DNA of 58,369 bases from Chitinophagaceae bacterium (lineage in GTDB: Bacteria > Bacteroidota > Bacteroidia > UKL13-3), in the NCBI GenBank assembly GCA_043750035.1, contig JAYVCI010000246.1:1-58369 (forward strand). Direction: 5' to 3'. Every line of letters begins with the position of its first letter. The first letter of the stretch is position 1. Of the stretch, positions 34,738 to 44,443 are shown piece by piece. The position numbers were made by a program, and so were the translations under genes. The notes below the pieces were generated by a model. It saw only the letters and a program-made list of their open reading frames with translations. It had not been told where the DNA came from and ran no database searches.

Positions 34738-36534
34738 ATGAACAATCATAAATTTCATATACCTGTAATGGGTCTTGCATTCACCATAGATACCCCCATA
34801 AAAGTTGCACGATTTGGTATTTCTTCTGTAATACCCATAGGCGAAGAACGGCTTATAGAGATGATGCGTAGCTATTATTACCCTTTGATGGGCTTGCCCT
34901 ATATTCCTATATTGAGTAATGAAGACGACTGTCGCTCTAAAAGGATTACAGATTATCTAAACTTGGTAAATACCATTGTATCTACCCAAATAGATAAACT
35001 ACGAAACGCGGCATTTGAAAAAGGTTCGGAGATTGTGAAATATTTTGAGATGCTTCCAGAAGATAGCAAACTTAAAAAAATGTATCTGATGATGACTCAA
35101 ATAAATGACAAACCTGAAGCTGAGAAAATACAATCTTATTTAAGGGAAGCCGTTGAGCCTGGAAATATTGATGTAAATATTATGACCAAAACCGATAGAA
35201 ATAATTTAGATAAGAATGGGGTATTAATTGCCGATGGTTCTGATGCAGTATCAGCCCTGCGTGGTTATGCAAATAGTAATCTAAAAAAATCATCGGTTGT
35301 TTTTTCAGCAGGTATGAATCCACGTTTATTTAATTATCTGGAAGGCTGCCGTCAATTCGATATGAACGAAGATGGAAGTTTTGATAAGAAAATTACCATT
35401 AAAGTTAGTGATTATCGTTCGGCAATTATTCAAGGGAAATACCTGGCCAAAAAAGGGATTTGGGTAAGTGAATTCAGGATAGAATCTGGCTTGAACTGTG
35501 GGGGCCATGCTTTTGCTACCGATGGATATTTACTAGGACCTATATTAGAAGAATTTAAGACAAAAAAACAGGAATTGGTTAATACGCTTCTTGAGTTATA
35601 TATAAAAGCATTAAATGAAAAAGGGAGTTTTGTACCCAGTAAAAATCCAGAAATAAGAATAACAGTTCAAGGTGGAATTGGAACTTATGAAGAAGATACA
35701 TTCCTGCACGAAAAATATGAAGTAAGCAGTACCGGTTGGGGCACACCTTTCCTGCTGGTACCTGAGGCTACCGCGGTTGATGGTGCAACATTGGACTTAT
35801 TGTGTAAAGCCGAAAAAAAGGATATAGAACTAAGCCATCATTCGCCACTGGGTGTGCGGTTTTACTATCTTAAAGGTACTACTGCTGAAAAAGAAAGATT
35901 ACAAAGAATTGAAAAAGGGAAACCTGGTAGTCCCTGTATAGAAAAGCACCTCACCTTTAATACAGAATTTACTGAAGAGCCTATCTGTACTGCATCGCAT
36001 AAATATCAAAAGCTAAAAATCGCCCAATTAAAATCAATGAACCTAGGCGACAAAGAATACGAAAAGCAATTTAATAAAGTCGTTGAAAAAGAATGTTTAT
36101 GTGTTGGGCTTTCAAATACTGTCGCTATAAAATATCATAAAACAATAATTAAAAATATGAATGCTGTAACCATTTGCCCGGGGCCAAATATTGTATATTT
36201 TAATAAAATTGTTTCACTACAAACTATGGTGGATCATATATACGGCAGGACAAATATTATCGAGTATAATAATAGACCCAATATGTTTATCAATGAATTG
36301 GTATTATATATAAATTATTTAAAAGAAAAATTGATTGATGATTTATTATATCCTTCAAATGCAAAATTAAAGAAATACTATACTGAGTTTTACAATAATT
36401 TGTCAGATGGTATTGCCTATTACCGCAATTTAAACCCAGAATCATTTGAGAATAGAGACGCTTTCCATTCTGCATTAAACGAAGCTGAACTGGAATTGAA
36501 TATATTGAATGGGCAGTTTCAAATTTCTGCCTGA
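34738..36534 (+). CDS. Conserved-looking protein of unknown function
   Basis: 598-aa uninterrupted ORF, 11 nt after the thioesterase gene. I recognise no family. Local motifs are ESGLNCGGHAF, ITVQGGIGT and GWGTPFLLVPEAT. Confidence 0.6.
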   Translation: MNNHKFHIPVMGLAFTIDTPIKVARFGISSVIPIGEERLIEMMRSYYYPLMGLPYIPILSNEDDCRSKRITDYLNLVNTIVSTQIDKLRNAAFEKGSEIVKYFEMLPEDSKLKKMYLMMTQINDKPEAEKIQSYLREAVEPGNIDVNIMTKTDRNNLDKNGVLIADGSDAVSALRGYANSNLKKSSVVFSAGMNPRLFNYLEGCRQFDMNEDGSFDKKITIKVSDYRSAIIQGKYLAKKGIWVSEFRIESGLNCGGHAFATDGYLLGPILEEFKTKKQELVNTLLELYIKALNEKGSFVPSKNPEIRITVQGGIGTYEEDTFLHEKYEVSSTGWGTPFLLVPEATAVDGATLDLLCKAEKKDIELSHHSPLGVRFYYLKGTTAEKERLQRIEKGKPGSPCIEKHLTFNTEFTEEPICTASHKYQKLKIAQLKSMNLGDKEYEKQFNKVVEKECLCVGLSNTVAIKYHKTIIKNMNAVTICPGPNIVYFNKIVSLQTMVDHIYGRTNIIEYNNRPNMFINELVLYINYLKEKLIDDLLYPSNAKLKKYYTEFYNNLSDGIAYYRNLNPESFENRDAFHSALNEAELELNILNGQFQISA

Positions 36535-36552
36535 ACATTTTGCAGCCCTCGC

Positions 36553-36630
36553 ATCCCGATAATTATCGGGATTAGCGAAACGTTCCGCCGCGGCGGATGT
36601 GAGTACGATACAGTCAGTCTCCAGACTGAC
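36553..36630. repeat. Cluster of three GC-rich palindromes between convergent genes
   Basis: ATCCCGATAATTATCGGGAT (36553..36572), TCCGCCGCGGCGGA (36584..36597) and GTCAGTCT-CC-AGACTGAC (36613..36630). Confidence 0.85.
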
Positions 36631-36709
36631 GAGAAGATGGGAATTGTTATAATAATAAGATAGGGGTTTTTTATATTGTCATATCTCATGATACACTAGT
36701 AAGCACGGA

Positions 36710-39484
36710 TCATTCCACCACCACCTTCACCTTCCGATAGCTATCGTAATTACCACCCACAGAAAGTATATACAATCCTTTTGGCAAATGTCCGACATAT
36801 ATATTATACAACTCCTCGCCATCTTGCCTCTGGTTGGTGTTGTCACCAACCAGTACACGATGCCCAAGTATATCATATAACACAATCTGCTCGCGGTTGG
36901 CGTACTGCCTGTGGTTGGTGTTTTCACCCACCACTTGAGGCATCTTTATATACAATACATCCCGCACAGGATTTGGCCACACTTCAAAACTATATAATAC
37001 ATTACTAACATTTATTCCCTGTATTACTATAGTATGACAACCCGAAGTATCACTACAAGTATTCTGCATAATAATAGCAGCATAACTGCCACTTGATATA
37101 GGCGTATATGTTTTATTTGTGGCTCCATTTATGATTGTGTTCCCATTGCAGTTTAGCCATTGGTAGGTAGCGGGAATTGCCATGGCGGTTAAGGTAAAAC
37201 CTGTTTGCGTTACCGCTGTATCAATAGCCGCAGGTTCTATAATAGTTACCTGTTGTGTGGCAGTACAATTATTAGAATCGGTAATAGTACAAGTATAACT
37301 TCCAGCCATTAAATTATTTGCAGTAGCAGTATTACCACCGCTTGGCGACCAACTGTAACTCAAATTTCCTGTCCCACCACTCACACTCAAACTTGCACTT
37401 CCATCATTTCCACCGTGGCAAGTAACATCTTTTTGAGAAGAAGTACTTGCAGTTACTTTTGATGGTTCTGTTATAGTAACACTTGTAGTTTTTGTACACA
37501 TATTTGAATCCATTACCGTGCATATATATTTGCCCGCTTTTAAATTATTTGCCGTTGCAGCATTGCCTCCACTTGGCGACCAACTATAACTCAAGTTACC
37601 TGTTCCCCCATTTGCTTTTATTGTAACAAAAGCATTACTATCACCATAGCATTTTATATTGTTCTGTGATATCACATTAATAATATTGATTGCTGGTGGC
37701 TCTGTTATATAGAATGTGTCTCTCGCTTTACATAAGTTGGAATCAGTAATGGTACATATAAATCTACCAGCCGGCAAATTTCCCTGAGTAGGCATATTTG
37801 CCCCACCTGGCGACCAATCATACCCATGGCTGCCTGTTCCACCACTGGTACTGATTGTAACACTTCCTTTTTTATCACCATGGCACGCATTATTTGTTTG
37901 TGATATAATAGTTGTTATAATAGCATTGGGTTCGGTAATTACAACTGTATCATTTATACTGCAGAGTTTGCTATCTGTTATGGTACATATATATACGCCA
38001 CCATTTAATGCAGAAGCTGTATTGTTCGTGCCACCACTTGGAAACCAATTATAAGTATATTTACCCGCACCACCGGTTGCTTGTACACTAGCCATTCCGT
38101 TGTTATCTCCATTACATTTAATATCTTTATGTATTGAACTGGATTTAGGTAATGGATTTACTTTTATTCTAATCTCAGTTCTTTCTATACTGGTACCGCA
38201 CTCATTACTATCTTGAGCATAGAACATGGTATCTTTTGTGAATGTTGAAGTTTGATAAAAATTTCCAGTGTCTAAAAGTACACCACCACTTGGCTCGGTA
38301 TACCAACTTATTTTCCCCTTCCCCACCGCATACAATTTACTAGCATTGCCAGCACAAATGGACAACTCCGAAGCAGGGGTGCTGTCTATAGGTTGAGGTG
38401 GCCTACAATCATACTTTGCAATATAATAAGCACCCAAATTATAATTTCTAAAACCGCCTCCAACAAAAACATCATGTTTTTTATCAACTAGTACTTTATA
38501 AATAGGGTCATTGGCCTTTAAGTAAGAACTCCCAAAATTATCCCAATCATTTCCATCCCAATGTGCAATGAAACCACCAGGCCCTCCACCAGCCGCTAAA
38601 AGTTCGCCATTTCCGTATGGTGCTAATGAATAAATATTCAGATTAAAACTTAATTTACCTACTTCGCTCCAACTTGTATCATGCCATTTCACTACAATAT
38701 TATTTTTAGCATAATAATCTTCGCCTGCAGCATATATATTAAACTGACTATCGACAACTATTGTAAAGAATAATAAATCTGTATTTAAAGCATTGGCTCC
38801 TGTTCCTACTTCACTCCAAGTTGAGCCATCCCACTTGGCCACATGGCGATAACCCCCGGCATTGGTAAAAGCACCAGCAGCATAAACATGACCTGAATCA
38901 TCTCCTGCAATACAATGTATATAGTTATTTGCATCTAAAGTATTAGAACCAGCAAGCTCAGTCCATGAAGTGCCGTTCCACTTGGCGACATAGTACTTAC
39001 CATTGCTATTGGTAAAATGTCCTCCAGCATATATGTAACCAGAATCGCCCTTCACCAGACCCTTTATAGTACCGTTGGCAGCTAACGCATTGCTTCCCGT
39101 TCCCAACTCGCTCCAACTTGTGCCATCATATTTAGCCACATATCGCTTTCCATTACTATTGGTAAAATTTCCTGCTACATATAAGAATCCTGAATCGTCT
39201 CTGATGATTGATTGAATATCGGAATTAGCCTTTAGCCCTTTGCCATTAGTCCCTACCACCTCGCTCCATTTTGAGCCATTCCATTTGGCTACATAATTAG
39301 CACTCTTGGCATTATAAAAATCCCCAACCGCATATAGATTGTTTGAATCATCCGCAACCATGGATATTATAGTACCATTAACTATGTTATTGCCCCCACC
39401 CACATCAACCCAAGTTTGAGCTTTAAGTTTGACGGAGACAAAAAAAGAACTGATTAAAAAAATTTGTAGAAGTATTTTTTTCAT
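36710..39484 (-). CDS. Large T9SS-sorted surface protein with propeller-like WxGxxWxE(V/L)G repeats and SprB-type repeats
   Basis: 924 aa from the start MKKILLQIFLISSFFVSVKLKAQ (signal peptide). It has repeats of the form YVAKW(N/D)G(S/T).WSE(V/L)G, four C.G..(N/D)G...(V/L)...GG(T/A)G...Y.WSP.GG......L.AG.Y.CT(I/V).DSN.C SprB-like repeats, and a C-terminal VWPNPVRDVLYI... CTD. Confidence 0.8.
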   Translation of the reverse strand: MKKILLQIFLISSFFVSVKLKAQTWVDVGGGNNIVNGTIISMVADDSNNLYAVGDFYNAKSANYVAKWNGSKWSEVVGTNGKGLKANSDIQSIIRDDSGFLYVAGNFTNSNGKRYVAKYDGTSWSELGTGSNALAANGTIKGLVKGDSGYIYAGGHFTNSNGKYYVAKWNGTSWTELAGSNTLDANNYIHCIAGDDSGHVYAAGAFTNAGGYRHVAKWDGSTWSEVGTGANALNTDLLFFTIVVDSQFNIYAAGEDYYAKNNIVVKWHDTSWSEVGKLSFNLNIYSLAPYGNGELLAAGGGPGGFIAHWDGNDWDNFGSSYLKANDPIYKVLVDKKHDVFVGGGFRNYNLGAYYIAKYDCRPPQPIDSTPASELSICAGNASKLYAVGKGKISWYTEPSGGVLLDTGNFYQTSTFTKDTMFYAQDSNECGTSIERTEIRIKVNPLPKSSSIHKDIKCNGDNNGMASVQATGGAGKYTYNWFPSGGTNNTASALNGGVYICTITDSKLCSINDTVVITEPNAIITTIISQTNNACHGDKKGSVTISTSGGTGSHGYDWSPGGANMPTQGNLPAGRFICTITDSNLCKARDTFYITEPPAINIINVISQNNIKCYGDSNAFVTIKANGGTGNLSYSWSPSGGNAATANNLKAGKYICTVMDSNMCTKTTSVTITEPSKVTASTSSQKDVTCHGGNDGSASLSVSGGTGNLSYSWSPSGGNTATANNLMAGSYTCTITDSNNCTATQQVTIIEPAAIDTAVTQTGFTLTAMAIPATYQWLNCNGNTIINGATNKTYTPISSGSYAAIIMQNTCSDTSGCHTIVIQGINVSNVLYSFEVWPNPVRDVLYIKMPQVVGENTNHRQYANREQIVLYDILGHRVLVGDNTNQRQDGEELYNIYVGHLPKGLYILSVGGNYDSYRKVKVVVE

Positions 39485-39628
39485 TGTTTTAATTTTGAGC
39501 AAATTATGCAATTTATCACAAGATAAGCAAGTAAATGTTTGATATACATGAAGTACACATATTTCATCTTTTAGTTGCATCCTGCAAAAAAAATATTCAA
39601 ATTATCCACAGAAATGATCTGGCGTCAG

Positions 39629-39663
39629 CCATTAACCATTAACCACTAAAAATTAACCATTAA
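39629..39663. repeat. Five tandem heptamers: CCATTAA CCATTAA CCACTAA AAATTAA CCATTAA
   Basis: Read directly from the sequence. The last unit overlaps the GT2 stop codon (39660..39662). Confidence 0.85.
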
Positions 39664-40613
39664 AAAAGTCTAACCACCTTCCCCTTCAAATCCGCCTTCA
39701 GTTTAGAGCAAACCATCGAGAGTGATTGTGGGTATTTGGTTTCTTGCCTGCGTTTCCGCAATTGCGATAGCAGACTGTAGAAACCGGAAAACGATTTATA
39801 ATACCATATTTTCCCAGCCCAGCATACCAAAAGTTTTAAGTACATCATTATATAAAAGGTATTGCGGTGCATACCATCATAATGCAGGTAACCCATAATA
39901 AGTTTGTTGCGGTTGGCAATTATTTTTACGTATTCTTCAGGGTGGTGTTTTTGGATAGTGGCTGAATTGGGGTGGTAACATATAGATGCGGGAATATATA
40001 AACACTCCCATCCCATACGCAATGCCCTTAAACATATTTCAGCATCTTCATAATAGAATGGGGTGAACAGTTCGTCGTAGCCTTGCAACTGCATTAATTT
40101 CTCGCGGTTATATAATACACATGCCCCTGAATTGAATAAAGTTGACACACTGGTTATATAATCTTTTTGTTCAAAATCAACCGTGGTTTTTAAGCCTTGC
40201 AATCCCCAGGAAGGGTATTTGCCCGCATCTTGCAATACATTGTCGTAGCCATATATAGCACCGCCCACTGAGAAAAGATTTTTGTTGTTGAGGTATTTGA
40301 GTAAAGGTTCAAAATAGTTTTCATGTATTTTTACATCTGTGTTCATGGCCAGTATCCAGTTGTGCTTGGCTACTTTAAATCCTGTATTACAATTGGCCGA
40401 AAAACCCAAAGTTGATGTATTCTCAATGAGTATAATATCACTATAGTTTTGTTTGATAAAGTTTACCGAATCATCGGTTGATTTATCATCTGCTATAATA
40501 ATTTCAAAAGGCAAGGTTGAGTTTTTAAGAGCAGTAATAAGGTGTGGAAGATTCTCCTTTAGCAGCATACTGCCATTGAAATTTGGTATTACAACAGAAA
40601 TTTTCATTTGCAT
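39660..40613 (-). CDS. Family 2 glycosyltransferase
   Basis: 317 aa with a GT-A N-terminus (ISVVIPNFNGSMLL...IIADDKSTDDS) and a DxD-like region (YEDAE). Confidence 0.8.
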   Translation of the reverse strand: MQMKISVVIPNFNGSMLLKENLPHLITALKNSTLPFEIIIADDKSTDDSVNFIKQNYSDIILIENTSTLGFSANCNTGFKVAKHNWILAMNTDVKIHENYFEPLLKYLNNKNLFSVGGAIYGYDNVLQDAGKYPSWGLQGLKTTVDFEQKDYITSVSTLFNSGACVLYNREKLMQLQGYDELFTPFYYEDAEICLRALRMGWECLYIPASICYHPNSATIQKHHPEEYVKIIANRNKLIMGYLHYDGMHRNTFYIMMYLKLLVCWAGKIWYYKSFSGFYSLLSQLRKRRQETKYPQSLSMVCSKLKADLKGKVVRLF

Positions 40614-41419
40614 TATAATCCTATTTTTTCGATTACCTCATTGCTTATACCGGTAAATGAAAATCCGCCATCATGGAAAAGATTTTGCATGGTTACCATC
40701 CTTGTATAGTCGCTAAAAAGGCTTACGCAGTAGTTGGCACAATCTTCAGCACTGGCATTGCCCAGCGGGCTCATAGCATCAGCATAATCGAAGAAAGAGC
40801 CGAAGCCTTTAACACCAGTACCGGCGGTAGTTTTGGTGGGCGATTGTGATATGGTGTTTATCCTTACTTTTTTCGCTTTGCCATAATGGTAGCCAAAACT
40901 GCGGGCAATACTTTCGAGCAATGCTTTGGTATCGGCCATTTCGCTATAATCAGGGAATACACGCTGGGCAGCTATATAAGTTAAAGCCACCACCGAGCCC
41001 CAATCGTTGATGGCGTCCATTTTCCAGGCAGTCTGCAACAAACGATGAAACGACATGGCACTGATATCAAATGTTTTTTTCATCATTTCATAATCCAAAT
41101 CGGTATAGGGTTTCCCTTTACGGATATTGAGTGACATACCTACCGAGTGCAATACAAAATCTACTTTGCCACCCAATGTTTCCATTGATTCTTTCATCAA
41201 GTTTTCCATATCAGCATTTAGCGTAACATCGCAGCCAATTACCTTGCTGTTAGTAGCCTCAGCCAATTGATTGATAGTGCCCAACCTCAATGCAATGGGG
41301 GCATTGGTGAGTGTGAATACGGCACCATTTGCATGGCATTGTTCAGCTACTTTCCATGCGATGGAATTGGGGTCGAGTGCCCCAAATATGATCCCTCTTT
41401 TTCCTTCTAATATTTTCAT
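40613..41419 (-). CDS. fabI: Enoyl-ACP reductase (NADH), FabI
   Basis: 268-aa SDR with a FabI-type N-terminus (GKRGIIFGALDPNSIAWKVA) and Tyr/Lys catalytic spacing. Confidence 0.9.
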   Translation of the reverse strand: MKILEGKRGIIFGALDPNSIAWKVAEQCHANGAVFTLTNAPIALRLGTINQLAEATNSKVIGCDVTLNADMENLMKESMETLGGKVDFVLHSVGMSLNIRKGKPYTDLDYEMMKKTFDISAMSFHRLLQTAWKMDAINDWGSVVALTYIAAQRVFPDYSEMADTKALLESIARSFGYHYGKAKKVRINTISQSPTKTTAGTGVKGFGSFFDYADAMSPLGNASAEDCANYCVSLFSDYTRMVTMQNLFHDGGFSFTGISNEVIEKIGL

Positions 41420-41868
41420 TTGATAATTTTTGTTAAGGTAAATTTATATTTATTTTGATGGTTATTAATTAGGTAAAATTTGATGTTACTTCCTTGTTGG
41501 GTATAGCTAAATGTGTCTTTGGGCGAGGTGGCTTCGTTATTCCCCTTTACCATATATATATCATTGCTCTGTTCGTTGTTGAGTACCCTAAATAGTTTAT
41601 AATTAGCTGACCCTTTTATGTTTCCCACGCTATCAATTTCAATGTTTTTGAAACTGCCATCATAATAAGTAACCTTATGTTTGCCAATAAAAAGTTTTTG
41701 GGTACGCAAAACTTTGTCTAACATCTGCGATAAGTTTTTTAAAGTGTCTATTTTTTCAGGCTTTTTCAATGTGTCAGTTTTAGCTTCAGTGGGCTGTGTG
41801 TTAGCTGTATTGGAGTTAGTGCAACCCATTCCAAATATAAAAAAAATTAAAGCAGCAAAGTACCTCAT
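41416..41868 (-). CDS. Hypothetical lipoprotein
   Basis: 150 aa with the lipobox FGMGC. Its stop overlaps the fabI start by 4 nt. Confidence 0.55.
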   Translation of the reverse strand: MRYFAALIFFIFGMGCTNSNTANTQPTEAKTDTLKKPEKIDTLKNLSQMLDKVLRTQKLFIGKHKVTYYDGSFKNIEIDSVGNIKGSANYKLFRVLNNEQSNDIYMVKGNNEATSPKDTFSYTQQGSNIKFYLINNHQNKYKFTLTKIIK

Positions 41869-41981
41869 GGCACTGCAATATTAACCCAAATGTTTGTATT
41901 GTTCAATTTCAAAATTTGCTACCTTCACATATTTGGGCTTATTTTGTAGCTTCGTTATAGGAGTAGAAAGCGTTATAAAAC

Positions 41982-42518
41982 ATGGCAAGCCAGTTCAAAT
42001 ACTTTGGTCAAGACATTAAAAGGATGGTGGGTAAAAAAACGATTCGGTATATCCACATTTGGCTTAGTCGCAACTTTTGGGGCTTAGCTTTATATAGGCT
42101 TGAGCGGGGATTATTTATAACATTTGGTTTACCTTACGAAAAACTGAGGGTGCTATTACTCCCTCTATTCTATCCCATCCAAGCGTATTCAAATATAGAT
42201 ATCCCATACAGAGCTGACATTAAAGGAGGCATATCTATACTTCATCCTTCACTGGGAATTGTAATTTCTGGCATGTCAGTAATTGGTAGCAATCTTACTA
42301 TGGTGGGCGGCAATGTGATAGGGGCTAAGGATGGCTGCAAGCCCGGGGAGATTGTGGTAGGTGATGATTGCATTATGGGAGCCAATGCGGTAATATTAGG
42401 TCCAATTATTCTTGGACCCAAATCATACATCGCAGCATCTGCCTGTGCAGTTAATAACTATCCCGAAGGTAATCTTACTTTAATGGGTGTTCCGGCAAAG
42501 CCCGCTAAAAAAGATTAA
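41982..42518 (+). CDS. Hexapeptide-repeat acetyltransferase (serine O-acetyltransferase-like)
   Basis: 178 aa with left-handed beta-helix hexapeptide repeats (IGSNLTMVGGNVIGA...VGDDCIMGANAVILGP). Confidence 0.7.
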   Translation: MASQFKYFGQDIKRMVGKKTIRYIHIWLSRNFWGLALYRLERGLFITFGLPYEKLRVLLLPLFYPIQAYSNIDIPYRADIKGGISILHPSLGIVISGMSVIGSNLTMVGGNVIGAKDGCKPGEIVVGDDCIMGANAVILGPIILGPKSYIAASACAVNNYPEGNLTLMGVPAKPAKKD

Positions 42519-42560
42519 TAAAAAAACAAGCAATAAGTAAAGCTAGCATAAAAAATAATT

Positions 42561-43079
42561 TTGAACTATAACGAGGCAAAGCGAGAATTTATAAGCACAT
42601 GGGGTTCGATGGGGCCATATTGGGGAATTAACAGAACCATGGCACAAATACATGCTTTGCTTTTGATATCGCCCGAGGCAATTACTACCGAGGATGTAAT
42701 GAAGCAGTTAGATATTAGCAGAGGCAATGCAAACATGAATTTGCGAGATTTGGTAGATTGGAGCTTGGTTATAAAAAAAGTAAAAGCGGGCGACCGCAAA
42801 GATTATTTCGAAGCTGAAAAAGAACCCTGGAAAATAGCAAAATATGTAGCCCGCGAACGCCGCAAACGCGAGTTATCGCCACTGATAAAATCATTGGAAG
42901 CACTTGCAGAATTTGAAGGTGACGGCAGAGACAGGAATGTGAAAACATTTAAGAAAACAGTGAACGGTTTACAAAAAATGGTGAAGCAAACAGACAGTTC
43001 CATCGAGATGCTGATGCACGCAGAGGAATCGTGGTTTTGGAGCCACTTGATGGGCATGGTGAAATTTTTTAAAGACTAA
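42561..43079 (+). CDS. GbsR/MarR-like winged-helix transcriptional regulator
   Basis: 172 aa with a TTG start in the track and the N-terminal region FISTWGSMGPYWGINRTMAQIHALLLIS. Confidence 0.65.
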   Translation: MNYNEAKREFISTWGSMGPYWGINRTMAQIHALLLISPEAITTEDVMKQLDISRGNANMNLRDLVDWSLVIKKVKAGDRKDYFEAEKEPWKIAKYVARERRKRELSPLIKSLEALAEFEGDGRDRNVKTFKKTVNGLQKMVKQTDSSIEMLMHAEESWFWSHLMGMVKFFKD

Positions 43080-43080
43080 A

Positions 43081-44442
43081 ATGAAACTCAAAGGAAGGCT
43101 GGCAACATTTATATTTAAAACTTACCCAAGTTCTGGTTGGTATTTTCATTTGCTGCCCAGTGCAAAAGGGTTTGTGCCCGTTGCCCGCTGCAAAATTGCC
43201 GATGCTGACAAATATCCCGAAGAGCCGATTGACAATGCTTATGATACAATTGTATCGAAGGAATTAGATCTGGGATATCGCTTATGGAGCAAAGGATATA
43301 TGCTCACGGCTGAAGTTTCAAAATGGCCTGAAGATACTGAAAAACCTACATTATCCGATGAATATCGTTTTTTGCGGAAGTATTATAAGAAAGCATGGGT
43401 ATTCAATGTTTTGTTCAGAAGGCTTATTACTTTTCACAACCCTTTTACTGAAATTAGTGCATTTATAAAAACCAGAAATACAAAACATGTAGAACTTTAT
43501 AAAAACCACAAAATATATACAGAATATGAAAACTTTAAATCGCCTTTGTTGGCATCTGATATCAAAGTGAGCATTATAATACCCACTTTAAATAGATATA
43601 AATATTTGAAAGATGTAATATTAGATTTGGAGCAGCAAACAGTTACCCCACACGAAATTATTATTATAGACCAAACAAAACCATTAGACCTGGAATTTTA
43701 CAAACAGTTCAAGGCACCTATTAAATTAATTGTGCAAGAAGGCCGTGGGCAGTGGCTTGCAAGGAATGAAGCCATTAAACAAGCAACAAGTGATTGGCTT
43801 TTGTTCTTTGATGATGATTCACGAGTGGCACCCAATTGGGTGGAGGAGCATATTAAAGGAATTGATTATTTCAAAGCAGATATTTCAGCAGGGGTGAGTA
43901 TATCAAAAGTGGGCGACAAAGTCCCCCCCAATTATTCTTTTTTCCGATGGGCAGACCAGTTTGATTCTGGGAACGCATTGGTGCACAAGCGAGTGTTTGA
44001 AACCGTGGGGCTATATGATATGCAATATGACAAGATGCGGATGGGCGATGGCGAATTTGGGCTTAGGGCATATTTGCAGGGTTTCAAAAGTATCTCACAC
44101 CCGTATGCCAGCCGTTTGCATTTAAAAGTGAGCGATGGTGGGCTGAGGCAGGTAGGCCATTGGGATGCGTTCCACTCAAAAAAATGGTTCGATGCGATTC
44201 CCATTCCCAGTGTTACATTTTTATACCGCACTTATTTTGATACATTGAATATTAAAGTAGGAATGACCAGTGGTGTGATTTCAGCAGTATTGCCATTCAA
44301 TTTAAAAAAATACCGTAGCTTTTTGCCACTTACCTTTGTACTTGTATTATTAAAATTCCCCATCTTGCTCATTCGGTTTAAAAAATCATGGGATAAATCG
44401 AGCCAGATGATGAAAGAAGGACCCAAAATAGAAAAGATATAA
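43081..44442 (+). CDS. Family 2 glycosyltransferase with an N-terminal extension
   Basis: 453 aa with a GT-A core (VSIIIPTLNRYKYLKDVILDL...IIIDQT, FFDDDS). Confidence 0.75.
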   Translation: MKLKGRLATFIFKTYPSSGWYFHLLPSAKGFVPVARCKIADADKYPEEPIDNAYDTIVSKELDLGYRLWSKGYMLTAEVSKWPEDTEKPTLSDEYRFLRKYYKKAWVFNVLFRRLITFHNPFTEISAFIKTRNTKHVELYKNHKIYTEYENFKSPLLASDIKVSIIIPTLNRYKYLKDVILDLEQQTVTPHEIIIIDQTKPLDLEFYKQFKAPIKLIVQEGRGQWLARNEAIKQATSDWLLFFDDDSRVAPNWVEEHIKGIDYFKADISAGVSISKVGDKVPPNYSFFRWADQFDSGNALVHKRVFETVGLYDMQYDKMRMGDGEFGLRAYLQGFKSISHPYASRLHLKVSDGGLRQVGHWDAFHSKKWFDAIPIPSVTFLYRTYFDTLNIKVGMTSGVISAVLPFNLKKYRSFLPLTFVLVLLKFPILLIRFKKSWDKSSQMMKEGPKIEKI

Positions 44443-44443
44443 A

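Noticed and set aside
39485-39580. 32-codon N-terminal extension of the SprB-repeat protein.
   Set aside because: The Met at 39484 starts a canonical signal peptide (MKKILLQIFLISSFFVSVKLKAQ). The extension has no signal-peptide character.
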